DNA of 64,000 nucleotides, from positions 23,558,034-23,622,033 of the forward strand of contig NC_090397.1 of assembly GCF_036365525.1 (NCBI RefSeq). Reading direction: 5' to 3'. The first letter of the stretch is position 1. Each line of letters starts with the position of its first letter. Origin of the DNA: Heterodontus francisci (lineage: Eukaryota). Both the position numbers and the translations under genes were made by a program. This document shows positions 50,774 through 64,000 of this stretch, one piece after another. The notes beneath the pieces were generated by a model. The model was not told the origin of the DNA, made no database searches, and saw nothing but the letters and a program-made list of their open reading frames with translations.

Positions 50774-51426
50774 GGCCAGGATTTTACCAGCCCTCTGGCA
50801 ACAGGCACCAGCAGCTTGGCTGCCCACTAACTGGAGGCGGGCAGCCAATTAAGCTAATTAACTGGCCGATTAATGGCCATTTTATTCCCTCCCTTGCATT
50901 TTGCAGTTGTTGGAAGGGCCTCCTGCTGCATGGGGAGACTGACAAGTAGAACGAGGTGGCCTCCAAGTGGCTTCCTGGAGGGGGGGGGGGGCTTCCTTCC
51001 CAAGGTTCCATGTCCCATGGAGGAGCCCCCCAGTGACAATGGCTGCCCCCGCAATTCCAAGCAGGGTGCTCGAGGGATCACCCCTCTGTTCGCCAGGACC
51101 TGCCTGCCTGGCCCTGGCACATTAAACAAAAATTCTCTCTGGCCCTTCGAGGGCACCGCAACATGGAAGCGCCCTCTCCTTCTTCTGCAGCCTCAGCAGG
51201 GCCTCCTCTATAGGTGATGCTACTAACGCTGTCGAGCTGCTGGATCTCTGATTGCAGTTCATAGAGGCAGGCTGCTTACTTAATGTGACGGTAGTCCTGG
51301 TGGCAGCCTCTTAGTTAGCTGCCACAGTAAAATTCCCTCTGCAGTCCTGCCATTCACCCTTGTGGGCTTGGGACCTGCATTTGGTCCCGGAGGCGGAACC
51401 CACAGCATGCCGGCAAAATTCCGGCC
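50774..51426. mobile_element. Harbinger-type MITE
   Basis: TIRs 'ggccaggatttt' / 'aaaattccggcc' with a perfect 3-bp TSD TTA (50771-50773, 51427-51429), the canonical PIF/Harbinger TWA site. Confidence 0.85.
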
Positions 51427-51554
51427 TTAATCCGTCACAGTGGATAAATGATACCAGCAATGAAACCTATAATATGGCCCAAGTCTCAATCAAATAAGTG
51501 AGAAGGACAGCTTGAGAAAAAACAGAGATGTAAAGCTGATTTTCCTCTGCTTTT

Positions 51555-52555
51555 TTCTTATTCGTTCATGGGATGTTGGCGTCGCTGGCCAGGCCAACAT
51601 TTATTGCCCATCCCTAATTGCCCTTGAGAAGGTGGTGGTGAGCTGCCTTCTTGAACCGCTGCAGTCCATGTGAGGTAGGTACACCCACAGTGCTGTTAGG
51701 AAGGGAGTTCCAGGATTTTGACCCAGCGACAGTGAAGGAATGGCGATATAGTTCCAGGTCAGGATGGTGTGTGACTTGGAGGGGAACTTGCAGGTGGTGG
51801 TGTTCCCATGTATCTGCTGCTCTTGTCCTTCTAGTTGGTTGAGGTCGTGGGTTAGGAAGGTGCATTCTAAGGAGTCTTGGTGCGTTGCTGCAGTGCATCT
51901 TGTAGATGGTACACACTGCTGCCACTGTGCGTCAGTGGTGGAGGGAGTGAATGTTTGTAGATGGGGTGCCAATCAAGTGGGCTGCTTTGTTCTTGAGTGT
52001 TGTTGGAGTTGCATCCATCCAGGCAAGTGGAGTGTATTCCATCACACTCTTGACTTGTGCCTTGTAGATGGTGGACAGGCATTGGGGAGACAGGAGGTAA
52101 GTTATTCACCGCATGGTTCGTAGCCTCTGACCTGCTCTTGTAGCCACGGTATTTATATGGCTACTCCAGTTCAGTTTTTAGTCAATGGTAGCTCCTAGGA
52201 TGTTGATAGTGGGGGATTCAGTGATGGTAATGCCATTGAATGTCAAGGGGAGGTGGTTAGATTCTCTCTTGTTGGAGATGGTCATTGCCTGGCACTTGTG
52301 TGGCACGAATGTTACTTGCCACTTATCAGCCCAAGCCTGGATAATGTCCAGGTCTTGTTGCATTTCTACACAGACTGCTTCAGTATCTGAGGAGTCACAA
52401 ATGGTATTGAACATTGTGCAATCATCAGCGAACATCCCCACTTTTGACCTTATGATAGAAGGAAGGTCGTTGATGAAGCAGCTGAAGATGGTTGGCCTAG
52501 GACACTACCCTGAGGAACTCCTGCAGTGATCTCCTGGAGCTCAGATGATTAACCT
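51555..52555 (-). mobile_element. CR1/L2-group LINE 3' kilobase
   Basis: MFADDCTMF, WADKWQVTF, KSWNSLP, GLQRFKKAAHHHLL; same family as 9468-10499. Confidence 0.88.
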
Positions 52556-53340
52556 CAAGTATGTTTTGTCTGCCAAACACAAAGCAGGGAAAGGGTGGTG
52601 GAGACCTGTGGTGCCAGCTCTGTCCCCTTTGTGCTTTCTAAGGAGGAGACAGGGTGGAACTCTCACTTGAAACTGTTGGAAGCATGTACGTTGAATGATA
52701 ATGAGGCAGGAGTGAAGTCAGCATGCCACCCCTCCCCCTTAGTTTCCTAGCTCTGAGCTCAGTGGAAGCCCAAACATTGTGGCACCCACAATAGGTTTCC
52801 TTAGTGTTTGTGCCAAGTCTCCTTTGTTGTGTGATTGCCTTTAAAAGTGATGTCCCTGGAAGAGCTTAGTATGCTAATGAGACAAGTACCAGGATGCAGT
52901 CTTATGACTCGGATCCAGAGTCACTCTGCTACTGTAACATCAAGAGACAAATCCTGTAAATAGTTACCTCTGCGCTGTATATATTCGTTAGCTGTTTAAT
53001 TAACCTGTTTGAGATCTTCAACAACAAAATATAAGATTGAAGACCACAGGAAAACAGCTTTAAAAAAAAAACTACCTTCCTACAGAGAGAGGAGACAAAG
53101 CTTCTCATTACACCCTTAGATAAGAGGATCTGGGAACGGACAAGCAGCAAACTCTTACCGACTTGACAGACTTGAAAACTCCCTTTCTTTATGCCGGGCA
53201 GCACGAGCATTGAAGCTGGATGTGTTTGGCTCTGAAGATGATGGGTATTACTGCTAATGCAAGCTTCCTAAAAAACGCCACTTGATGTTTTACACCCATC
53301 TGAACAGGCTTTCATTTAACGTATAATTTGAAAGACAACA

Positions 53341-54041
53341 GGCAGGATTTTGAGCCTTCGCTAGGGCAGGGACCGGAGCGGGTGGGAGATAAAAATTGCC
53401 CCACTGGCCAGCGTGCTGGTTCTCCAGCTCCATCACATGGCCTGGGCCATTTTGTGTAAGCAGGATGGGGCTGGACCGCAAGGGCTACCTGCCTGCACGT
53501 GGTGGGTAGCCAACATGACTCTATGGAGTCGATTGAGGCCAATTAAAGCAGGTCCCCTCAGGTGGCGGGGGCCAGTTTAGGAGCCTGGAGGCAGCCTCCC
53601 AGCAGCAGACCCGGGAGGGGATGGTCAGTACTCCAGGCAGGCCTAGAAGCTCTTCCTGCCTGTCTGGGTGCAGGAACAGCTACATCCTGCTCTGTAGAAT
53701 GGCTCTGCCCCCATCAATTCCACACCCCGACACCAACTGTGGTGGCCTGGCTACAAGATCCATTTTATATTTTAAGTTTCAAAAGGTTGGACAGAGAGGG
53801 CCTACATTGCAACCCTCCATTGCATCCTGCTGCTCCTTTCAAGCTGGAAGGCCTCTGATTGGCCCTCCAACTTCGAGAGCCTACCCACCATCTTTAATTG
53901 GATGGCGAGCCTGTTTCCATGCCATTTATGAGAGGGTTTCTGTGAAAATCGGAGCCAGTTACTGTTTCCCCCAAGGGGTGAGTTCGGGACGCAGAAACAG
54001 ACCCAACCTCTGTTTTCTATCCCAGAGAGAAAATCCTGCCC
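53341..54041. mobile_element. Harbinger-type MITE
   Basis: TIRs 'ggcaggatttt' / 'aaaatcctgcc'. Confidence 0.75.
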
Positions 54042-54589
54042 AACACTGTGGTATTCTCGGGATTAGAGTGAGGTTTAGCTGAGTTTAGTCAGAGATATGA
54101 GATACAAACAGAGACAGCATGCTGTTGAGACAATGGATTCTTCTTCATTTCCTTTTTACTTTCACTTTCCCTTTGTTGGCTCGTGTGTGGTGTACAGTAG
54201 CCTCAAATGTACAAAATGTACAATGCAATTTTCAAAACACTACATCCCTCCCTTTCTTAGTAAGTGAAAGACATAGCATGTTTCAATGGTTTGTTTCCAA
54301 ATTGTAAACAAAGAACTTAAACATAAATAGTTCACTTCATAACGTAGTCACTTAGGTATGATAGACATTTTCTCTCACAAGTAGGATATTGTCTGATGTC
54401 AGGTGTAGTCTCATTTGACAAATGTTCTTCATCTGAGGTGTTGATGTCGGAATCGGATTCAATGCTTGCGAGTGATGTTTTCAGTGCTTTGAAGAATGAC
54501 ACATTTCATGTGATGATTTGTGAATTGCCAATAGCAGTGATCATTGATCCTTTTGTGTTGGCCACAACAAATGATTACGAACAGACATA

Positions 54590-56095
54590 CGAACATATGA
54601 ATTAGCAGCAGAAGTAGGCCATTTGGCCCCTCGAGCCTGCTCCGCCATTCAATAAGGTCATGGCTGAGCCATTTGTGTTTAAAATTCTACACTCCCATCT
54701 ATCCCCGATGACCTTTGATTCCCTTGCCTAGCAAGAATCTATCTACCTCCACCTTAAAAATATTCAATGACCCCCACCTCCACCACCTTTTGAGGCAGGG
54801 ATTTGCAAAGTCGCACAACCCTCTGAATGAAAAAAATTCTCTTCATCTCTGTTCTAAAAGGGCAACCCCTAATTTTAAAACAGTGTCCCCTAGTTCTGGA
54901 CTCACCCACAAGAGGAAACATCCTTTCCACATCCACCTTATCAAGATCGTTCAGGATCTTATATACTTCAATCAAGCCTCCCCTCACTTCTCTAAACTCC
55001 AGTGAAAACAAGCCCAATCTGTCCAACCTTTCTTCATAAGACAACCCGCTCATTCCAGGTATTAATCTAGTAAACCTCCTCTGAACTGCCTGCAACACAT
55101 TTACATCCTTCCTTAAATAAGGAGACCAAAACTGCACACAATATTCAAGATCTGGTCTCATCAATGCGCTGTATAACTGAAGCATAACATCCTTACTTTT
55201 ATTTTCAATTCCTCTCATAATAAAGAATAGCATTCCATTAGCCTTCTTTATTACTTGCTGTACCTGCATACTAACCTTTTGTGACACAGGCGCTAGAACA
55301 CCTAGATCCCTCTGCACCTCGGAATTCTGCAGTTGTTCTCCATTTAGGTAATACTCTGCTTTTTTATTCTTCCTGCCAAAGTGAGCAACTTCACATTTTC
55401 CCACATTATAGTCCATCCACCAGATTTTCCCCCACTCACTCAACCTATCTATATCGGTCTACAACCTCCTTATGTCCTCATCACAACATACTTTCCTACC
55501 TATCTTTGTGTCATCTGCAAATTTAGTTACTATTCCATCGCTCCCCTCATCTAAGTCTTTGATATAAATTGTAAAAAGTTGAGGCCCCAGCACAGACCTC
55601 TGCAGGACTCCACTCATCTCATCCTGCCAATCAGAAAAGGATCCATTTATACATATTCTCTGTTTCTGCCAGCCAGCCAATCTTTAGTCCATGTTAATAT
55701 ATTACCCCGCTATACCATGAGCTCCTACTTTGCGCAATAACCTTTTTTGCGGCACCCTGTCAAATGCCTTCCGGAAATCCAGGTACAGCATGTCTACGGG
55801 CTCCCTTTTTCTACAGTGCATGTTACTCCTTCAAAGAACTCCAATAAATTGGTTAAACATGATTTCCCTTTCGCAAAACCATGCTGACTATTCCTGATTA
55901 CCTTGAGTTTTTCTAAGTGCCCAGCTATAGCCTCCTTAATGATTGATTCTAACACCTTCCCCACAACAGACATCAAGCTAACTGGCCTATAGTTACCTGT
56001 TTTCTGCCTCCACCCACTCCCCTCCCCGCTTCTTTAATAGAGGATTTATATTTGTTACTTTCCAGTCTGATGGAACCTTTCAAGAATCTGGTTGG
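54590..56095 (-). mobile_element. CR1 fragment nested in the Gypsy element
   Basis: SQHGFAKGKSCLTNLLEFFE, FADDTKIG, LEYCVQFWSPYLRKD. Confidence 0.92.
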
Positions 56096-59000
56096 ATGCC
56101 ATAAAGGGTTGTTTGTTTTCCAATATGACCATCATGTTTCAAAAATACTTTATCTCCTGGCTTAATCGGTGTAGCTCTTAATTGCATGTTTTGCTCCGCA
56201 TTAACCTTAATTAGATCCTTCTGTTCTCGAGCACGTTCTCATACATGTTATTCATTAGCTCCGCGGGGTAGCTCAGGCAGACATGAGTGCATGGGATGTG
56301 CAAAGATGAGTGTAGCTTGAGGTTTTCTAGTAGTTGAGTGAGGAGTCACTCTGTAATTATGAAGAGAGTGATATAGCTCTTGCTTCCATGACTTGCTCTC
56401 ACCTCTCGCTGTATGTATCACATTTTCAAGGTTTGCATAAATCTCTTGACTTCTCCATTAGCTCTTGGTCAATGGAGTGTAATTTTCCTGTGAATGAACC
56501 CGAGGTAGTTTGCGAATTTGCTGAACTCATCGCAGTTGGATGGGGGCTCATTGTCACTTCTTATCATTTGAGGGATTCCAAACAATGCGAAGATCTGGTC
56601 AAGCTTTGGGATGACTGTTTTCATTGAAGTTGACATAACAAATTCCACAATTGGGAATCTGGTGTAGTCGTCAGTGGTAACAAGTAGATGCTCACCTGTG
56701 GGCAAATCTGTGAAGTTAACGTTAACTTCAATCCATGGTCCTGGAGGTAGTTCAGACATCTTGAGAGGATCATGAAGATTTGACATTGTGGTTGCTTGAC
56801 ATGGCAAACACTGATTGATTTTATGCTCTACCAAACAGTCAATTCCTGGGAAACATACCTTTCCCTAAGGAGTTGTTTGGTATTGCCTATTCTTTGGTGT
56901 CCTTCATGTGCTGTATTGAAAAAACACATTCCCTCAATGAGTGTGGAATGACAATATAGCTGTTGTGTAATATGAGATCAGATGTGATTGTAATGGTGCA
57001 TTCATTTCAAGCATTGTGAAGACCTTGTAATGAACAATTTTGTCTGTAGGTGCTTCCTCGACCATGTCTTTTCAGTTTTGTGATTTAATAGCTTTCTTAT
57101 ATAATTGCAAAGCCTCATCTTGTTTTGTTGCTACTATGATGTCAGCTAGTTTCAGCAACTTTGGCATCGCATTTCTGCTTATGTAGTTAAGATGTTGTTC
57201 GGCAACCTTTTCCTCACGACTAGAAGGACTGACTGTCGGCAATTGATGTCATGAAAGGTAGACCACTGGGTTGAGCTTGCCTGGCTGATACTCAACATGG
57301 AACTCGCACTCTTGTAGTTTGAGTGTTGAACGTTTTACTCGAGTGGGTGGTTTGCTAAATGGATTGTTGAACAAGCTCTCTAGTGGTCTCGTGTTTATTA
57401 CTTTAAACTCACTTCCATATAGATGAAAGTGTAAGATACCCCATGTGATTGAGAGTGCTTCTTTCTCTGTTTGTGAATAACATTGCTCTACAGGCATTAA
57501 CGATCTGCTTGCCAACACAACAATTGGTGGGTGACCTTTATTTCCTTTCTGTACAAGAACCACACCAAAACCAATCAGGCTTGCATCCACGACTAGCTGG
57601 GTGGTTTTCTCAGGGTTGAAATACGCATTTGTGCAACTTTCTGACAAACATCAATTGAACTTGTGTACTGCCTGTTTGTGTGATTTAGTCCATTCCCACT
57701 TGGTGGTCTCTTTTGTCAGATTACGTACGGGGACAGATAGTGTAGTGAGATCAGGAATGAAACAACTACAGTACATGTTGAATCCTACCAGACTCCGGAC
57801 TTCCTGCACGTTTATAGCATCAGCAGCGTTTGCAATGGCTTCAACATTCCGTGGATCTGGTGATACTCCTTCACTGCTGAACACATGATTGAAGAATTCA
57901 ATTTTGCTTTCATTGAACAAGCACTTGTCTTTGTTCAAGGTGAGGTTACATTCTCTGAGAAGTTGTAGACATGCATGTAGGAGTGTCTCGAGTTCCTTTT
58001 CGGTGCGATTATAGATGACAATGTCATTACTGATGTTCAGCCTGCCCTCAGGTCCTTGAAGTGCAGATTGAATCATGTGCTGAAATGCCTCATCTGCTGA
58101 ATTGACTCCTAAGTTGAGCCTCTTGTATCGAAAAAGGTCGAATGTAAGTAGAGAATACGTTAAGATATCTCGATTCTTCTGCAAGCCCAATTTGATGGTA
58201 GCCTGCATTGAGGTCAAGTTTAGCGAAGTGTTTAGCAACATTCACTTTCTCTGTGATATCATCAATTGTCGGTGTCAAGTGTCTTTCTTGTTGTATGGCT
58301 TGGTTTGGTGATCACATATCAGCGCAGATTCTAATCTGGCTCTTGCTCTTGGGATTCTTGACGATTTGTATTTGTGAGACACAAGGGGTAGGCTTATCCA
58401 CAACTTGCTCAATAATGTCAAGGTCAAGTAGGCATCAAAGTACCTTCCCTGACTGTTTCCTGACATGAAGTGGTATTCCTCGCCATTGACGTGCATCTGG
58501 GGGCACATTAGGATCTACATGCAACTTGCATGTAACACCTTTCAGTTTGCCAATACCAGTGAAGCGAGCAGCACACAGTTCGAGAATGTTTGTGTTATGC
58601 GAAGGAATCGCGTGTTATGTAACTGCAATCATGTGCAAATCTGTTGTTGTGTGGAAACTGATAAGCGTGTCACATTCTCCAGATATGACATAGAATACAG
58701 ATTTCATACTAGTGTCTTTGAATGAGACTGGCATTTCAAAGGTCCTGAAGATTTTCAGCAGTTTGTCACTGTTGTAAGGGAAAAATTTTTCGTATTCCCT
58801 GGTTTGCAGAGAATGGGGCAATCCTGAAGTTTGTTGAATGTTTTGTCTCCCATGACTTTGACAGATGTACCTGTGTCTATTAGAGCATCTACATCCAAGC
58901 AGCCAATGGTTTCTGTCACACATCGCTGTCTGCAGTGTCTGAGAGGGAGCTCAAAAGTATATTCAGGGTCATCCATCTCTACTTTGGCTACATTCTCTCG

Positions 59001-59938
59001 ACTTTTTGCTGTGGTACGCAAACGTGGCACCCTTCTGTTTGTATTTGTCTTAGTAATTGATTTTGCTGATGAGCAACTAACACGAGCAAAGTGGTTGCGT
59101 TTTCCACAGGCTTTGCACTGTTTACCAGTAGCAGGACACTCTATCCGGTATGGGTAAGCACAGCTACAGTGGAAGCATTCTTTGAAAAAGTTGCAACTCT
59201 CCTTGTGAGACAGCTGTAGTTGCTTTGCAGGTGGTTTCCTGACACGCGAGTGATGTATAGTGTTCACAGGAGTTGAAATTGGAGTGTGGTAGTGCCTTCT
59301 CATCTTCAGTAGCTCTGGACTCTGAGAGCAATAGTGATCTTGCTAATTCTAACAGCTCTGACAGCTTTCTATCTTTCTCGAGTGCTTTTCTGCATAGTTG
59401 ACCAGAGAGACGGCCTTCGATTATTTATGTTTTGATTTCCCATTCGACATGTTCAATATCACTAAAGTCACAGTTGGTTGCCAGTTGCTTCAATCACGTG
59501 CAATATTGGTCAGTTGTCTCGTTTGCTTCTTGCTTAGTGCATCGGAAGATAACAGTTTTGTATATGGTATTTTTCTTAGGCATTAAGCAGGTTGTCAGTG
59601 CATTTTTTGCTGAGTCATAGTCATTTTGCTCAGGCATAACTGTCTGAAAGATATTGTTTAATTCTTCACCTCCATAGTGGAAAACTAAGGCCTTTTTCCT
59701 TTTGTCATCTGTGATTGTAAAATCTGCCATTGCACTTTCGAACCATCGCAGCCACTTTTACCAAATGTGGGGATTCTGATGCTGGCTCTGAATATACATC
59801 AAAAGGTGGTAGATTGTGCATAGACAATACCATGTTGATCAGTAACTCAGTGATAAAGTGTGATCAAGGATCTGGGATTGCGTTCCTTTCAGAGGAAAAC
59901 TTCTCTGGAATGATCCAAGATTAAATTTCTTTTTGATT

Positions 59939-61386
59939 TATCATGAAGACCCCCACCTGCCAAGAATGAGGCATATTAATTTTGGCATATGAACATTAAT
60001 TTAAAACTGTTGCTGGAGTGAAGAAATGACTTGTTTAAAGAGATCACCAGACCTTTGGCTGGAGAACATTTGCACATTAAGAGACAGTGCTTGGAGAGAT
60101 AATAGAACTGCTCACTTAACAATTAACTGCGATTGGTCTGGGCAATGGTGATCCACATCTTGTCGGTGTAAGAGACAGCACTACACCCCACCCCACTGAG
60201 AACTTTGAAATCCACATGACTAACCTGCTGGCCAACTTGAAGTTTTGAATTCTGCTCACAGGACAGTTTGAAGACAGAGTGCAATTTGCAACGGAACCTG
60301 GAACAAGAGAGCCTCTTTCCTGGCTGGCTCTCTCTCACAAGCCTCTGGACCCACTGAAGTCATTTAAGCTTCAAGAGAGAAATGACTCCTACATCGAAAC
60401 AAGTTAAAGCGTGCACTGGGCCCCAACGAGCGGCAAGACTTACCGACAACCAAAGACTCCACATTGAACTCAAAGCACTGTAATTACAATCCAGCTTTTG
60501 CCTCAAGCTTTTCCCCTTTATTCTTTCTACTTTTTCGATCTCTATCTGCATGTGTGTTTATCACGTATGCATGCTAGCGTGGTTGCGCCGCATATTCGTA
60601 GCCATTACCTGAATTAGAGTTTAAGATTAATAAACTTCCACCTTTCTTATTTAAATCTAAGAAAACATTGATTTCTTTGCCTTACAATTGGAAAGCGGTG
60701 AACAAGGATTCACGGAGGGGGAGCCAAAACACGATGTTTTTAAAATTAACTCCTGTTACGGTTAAACCAGGCAAAGGCTGAAAGGGACCCCCCAGACGCC
60801 TTTCTCACCTGGTTATAACAGAAATTTGGGGGCTAGCGTCCTGGATTTGACCCACAGATAAATGAGGAAATTGGAAGTGGGAAGTCAAATTGATCCCAAT
60901 CAAAAAAGAGAAAAGATTTCAATACAGGTTTTCTTGTGGTTGTGTGTGCTAGAATACTAACATGTCTATGACTGAAGCTAAGCTTCCCAAGCCAGGGTGA
61001 AGTAACTTGGGATAAGTTAAAAGCACTGTCTACGGAGGAGTTGAGGAAAATGGCTGAGCAGTGTGGGATCACTGTACGTGGCAAGGTTAGGAAGTCTGAA
61101 CTAGTAAGACTAGTGGCCAACCATTTTTCCCTTGAATCTGAAGAAGCAGAAACAGGGTTTCTCCAAACACTGTTGTTAGTAGCAAATGTTTTTCCAGCCA
61201 AGTGTCTGGTGATTTTTTTTTAACAAGTCATTTCTTCACTCCAGCAACAGTTTAAAATCAATGTTCATATGACAAAATTAATATGCCTCATTCTTGGCAG
61301 GTGGGGATCTGCATGACACCGTTATGGTTAAACCAGGCAAAGGCTGAGTGGGACCCCCTCAATCCCTTTCTCACCTCGTCGTAACT
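59939..61386 (+). mobile_element. Second, rearranged Gypsy-type LTR element nested in the 5' leader of the first
   Basis: LTR of about 880 bp at 59939-60820 ending 'ataaca'; PBS-like 'tgggggct'; gag start (LSTEELRKMAEQCGITVRGKVRKSELVRLV). Then an inverted copy of the LTR 5' end (about 61185-61318) and a direct copy of the LTR 3' end (61319-61386). TSD GATT at 59935-59938 and 61387-61390. Confidence 0.8.
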
Positions 61387-63204
61387 GATTGGGTGGTTAT
61401 TTTGGAGAGATCAGTGTGCGTATATAATGTACAAGCTTCCTGTGTGTCACTAACACAATCGCCAACTTAAAATACTGTCTTCAGAGAGCAGAAAAAAACC
61501 TTCTAAAAGTTTAATACCTGAAAGCAATGTTTCCTTTTTTCACCATCTGTTTTCTATTTACCGCATCGTCATTCTGATGTTCTCAGGACTGCAGTGAGGT
61601 TTAGCTAAGTTTCGTAAGAGATATGAGACAGAGACAGCATGCTGCTGAAACAATGGATTCTTCTTTATTCCCTTGTTACTTTCTCTTTCCCTTTGCTGGC
61701 TCATGTATGTTGTACAGTAGCCTCAAGTGCACAAAATGTACAATGCAATTTTCAAAACACTACAAACATCGCAGTACAGCACCCAGATTATATGCTCCAG
61801 CCTGGAGTCGGGCTTTAACCCATAGCATCGTGATCTGGAAGAAAGAGTACTACCAATGAGCCAAGTTAACATTAACAAGTCAAGGAAGCAATTACTGCTG
61901 CCATTGAACATAACCTTAAGAATGGCACCTTCCGCAAGTGAAAAGGAATGCGTACACAGCAGCTAACTGATTATAAGAGGTTGACTGCTTACTTTGATAA
62001 AAATCAAACCCATGTGTACTTGTGACTCAATCTAGAGGTACCCTAGTACTGGCAGTTCCTTTACTTGTACACTGACAGCAGATGTGCCTTCATTTATTTC
62101 ACATGGCACAAGTGACCACCCTCACGCAGCTCTTTGGTTCCTGGTGCTCAGTCAAAACAGCCCTGAGAATAGATATCATTTGCTTACAAGCATTCCTAGA
62201 GAACTTTAAGTTATGTTACTGTGAAGGCTATGAACAATCTGGGTAGACCGACATAAGACCAAAATATTCCAAATAACCAGCAAGCTGAGTTAATGCCTTG
62301 CTGCCAACAAAAAACATATACCATCTATGTCCCCTGGAAGCACAACATAGTAATTTAATGTGAAACCTATGTGTAAAACAAAAACCTGTTCAAATATATG
62401 AGAGTTGGTCCATAAGGGAACTTGGAAAATACTCCCAACCCCTCACAACAAACCCACACGTCTTAATGAATACAGATGTTAAGTGCCACTTCCAGGCCAC
62501 ATTATTGGTCAGTGGTGAACCAAAATGATATCAATTTATTATTGTGTAACATAATTTCCAATTCATGCAGCCAGAATGTAATCATGTGTTACAGAGTTAA
62601 TTTGTTTTCTAGGGATCCATTTTCATGCAGAACAACCCTAGAATAGCGAGATTAGCACTCTTTCAGCACACACCATTCCGAATATTGAAGAATGCTTGGT
62701 GGATTCATTCACAGCCATCAAACAGGGAGGTTCAGGTGCTCTGCTACTGTATCACTTGTGCACATTCATTTTACCTTCCCCTGGGTGTTTGCCAGTCACT
62801 ACTTTTGCTCCATATAGCCCTTGGCAGAATACATTTAAAATACTTGCAACCTTCGGAAAGGCAGAATTTTAAATTTTTTTTCCAGCCATGCAGGCATTTA
62901 TTGTTAAATAAAACCAGACTCATTATAGCCTTGAAATTTCCATGAGTAAGTGGTTAGCCTTAATCCCAGGAAATCCCGATACGTCCGCTAAATACAATAA
63001 CATTGAGTGCTAGGCTTGATGTTCCATGGCCTTACTATTGAGCCAATCCATCAGCAAATTCACCCGAATGTTGGGCATGAAAAAATGTTACATTTATGTA
63101 GGCTCTTGTAATTGGCAAAGCTATTTTTTAACAAAACGTGAAGTGATAGAGTTTTGACGGATATTCCAGGACATTTTTTTTAGAAATATGCAATTGGATA
63201 AGGA

Positions 63205-63715
63205 GTAGGATTTTCACCATGAGCTTCAAGACCCAGCTGTCAGACTCAAAAGGGGGTCAGAAGCCCGCACTGTGTGGGAACCAGTCACTCAGCTATGATT
63301 TTCCTTGAATCGGTAATTGGATCACCATCCAATTAAGGATGGTGGGTGGGCTCTTGAAGTTGGAGGGCCAATAGGAGTCCCTGCAACTCAGAAGCAGCAG
63401 AATTTGACCTTTCAAGTTAAGTGAGAGAGAGGGCGCCCCAAGACGGAGCAGCCGGGCCACTATTGTGGACGGGGAGGACGGGAAGCCGTCTCCAGGCTGC
63501 TGGGCTGTTCCCCAATACCTCTGGGCACCTGGAGGCTGACTTGTAAATTTCAGTTGGCGTCCAACAATAGGACTTAATAGGCTCTTAACAAAGCCGCTTT
63601 CTGGCAGGTAGCCCTGCCGGCCACATGCCTCCATGCTGCCTTCGGGAAAAAGGCCTGGGGGTGGGATGGAGCCAGGGAACCGGTACAATGGGCAGCGGTG
63701 CAAAATTCCGTGCCT
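63205..63715. mobile_element. Old Harbinger-type MITE
   Basis: 'gtaggattttcacc' ... 'ggtgcaaaattccgtgcc'. Confidence 0.5.
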
Positions 63716-64000
63716 GCCCTCTGTGCCCACCCCCATTGGGGCCTATAAATGTAGCTGAAGATTTTCTGATGGTTGTATTTGTGTCACAAACACAGTCCTC
63801 AACATGATGCAGCAGTAGCCTGTGACAGTCTGTGTCATCAAAATAATCCAGGACAAGAACCTTCAACAGTAACTTCTTAGAAGTTGGCTTTTGGCTGGAG
63901 AAAATAGAAAATTGTATATTAAAGTGCTGAAGAGTACAATGACTGCTTTTCTCGGCAAAGTAATCATTTACAAAATACATCTGAAAGCAATGCATTGTAT

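Larger units (their letters stand above)
54047..61764 (-). mobile_element. Full-length decayed Gypsy (Mag-like) LTR retrotransposon
   Basis: LTRs of about 195 bp at 54047-54244 and 61573-61764, ending 'aacactaca'. PPT is the reverse complement of 'tccctccctttctt' (54245-54258). PBS-like 'tgacgatgcgg'. Candidate TSD aacac/aacat. Gag (KKALVFHYGG, two Cys knuckles), protease (LIDTG), RT (KLDLNAGYHQI, ISNDI), RNase H (VDASLIG, YSQTEKEAL) and integrase (DDYTRFP, SDN) appear in Gypsy order. Confidence 0.92.

Noticed and set aside
1926-64000. NTF3, expected by mammalian synteny downstream of ANO2
   Set aside because: No neurotrophin ORF (single ~250-codon exon) is present in the window.

Overview
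Vertebrate genomic DNA, very probably a cartilaginous fish (shark), judged from its repeat repertoire: CR1, L2, RTE and Tx1 LINEs, a V-SINE/HE1-type SINE, Deu-domain SINEs, Penelope remnants, PIF/Harbinger elements and MITEs, and Gypsy LTR elements. Well over half the window is transposon-derived, with many nested insertions. The one recognisable host gene is the last coding exon and 3' UTR of ANO2/TMEM16B (+, 1644-1925). On the minus strand I found four small GT-AG exons in compatible phase (36347-36408, 32339-32464, 32189-32248, 27364-27459). They splice into a charged coiled-coil protein I do not recognise, convergent with ANO2, and the ORF track largely misses them. Also notable are four minimal hammerhead-ribozyme motifs of two types in Penelope-related repeats, a 5'-inverted Penelope insertion, a self-inverted LTR element nested in a full-length decayed Gypsy element, and young CR1 and Tx1 insertions. 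TE boundaries are approximate unless a TSD or terminus is quoted, and family names come from recalled motifs, not database searches.
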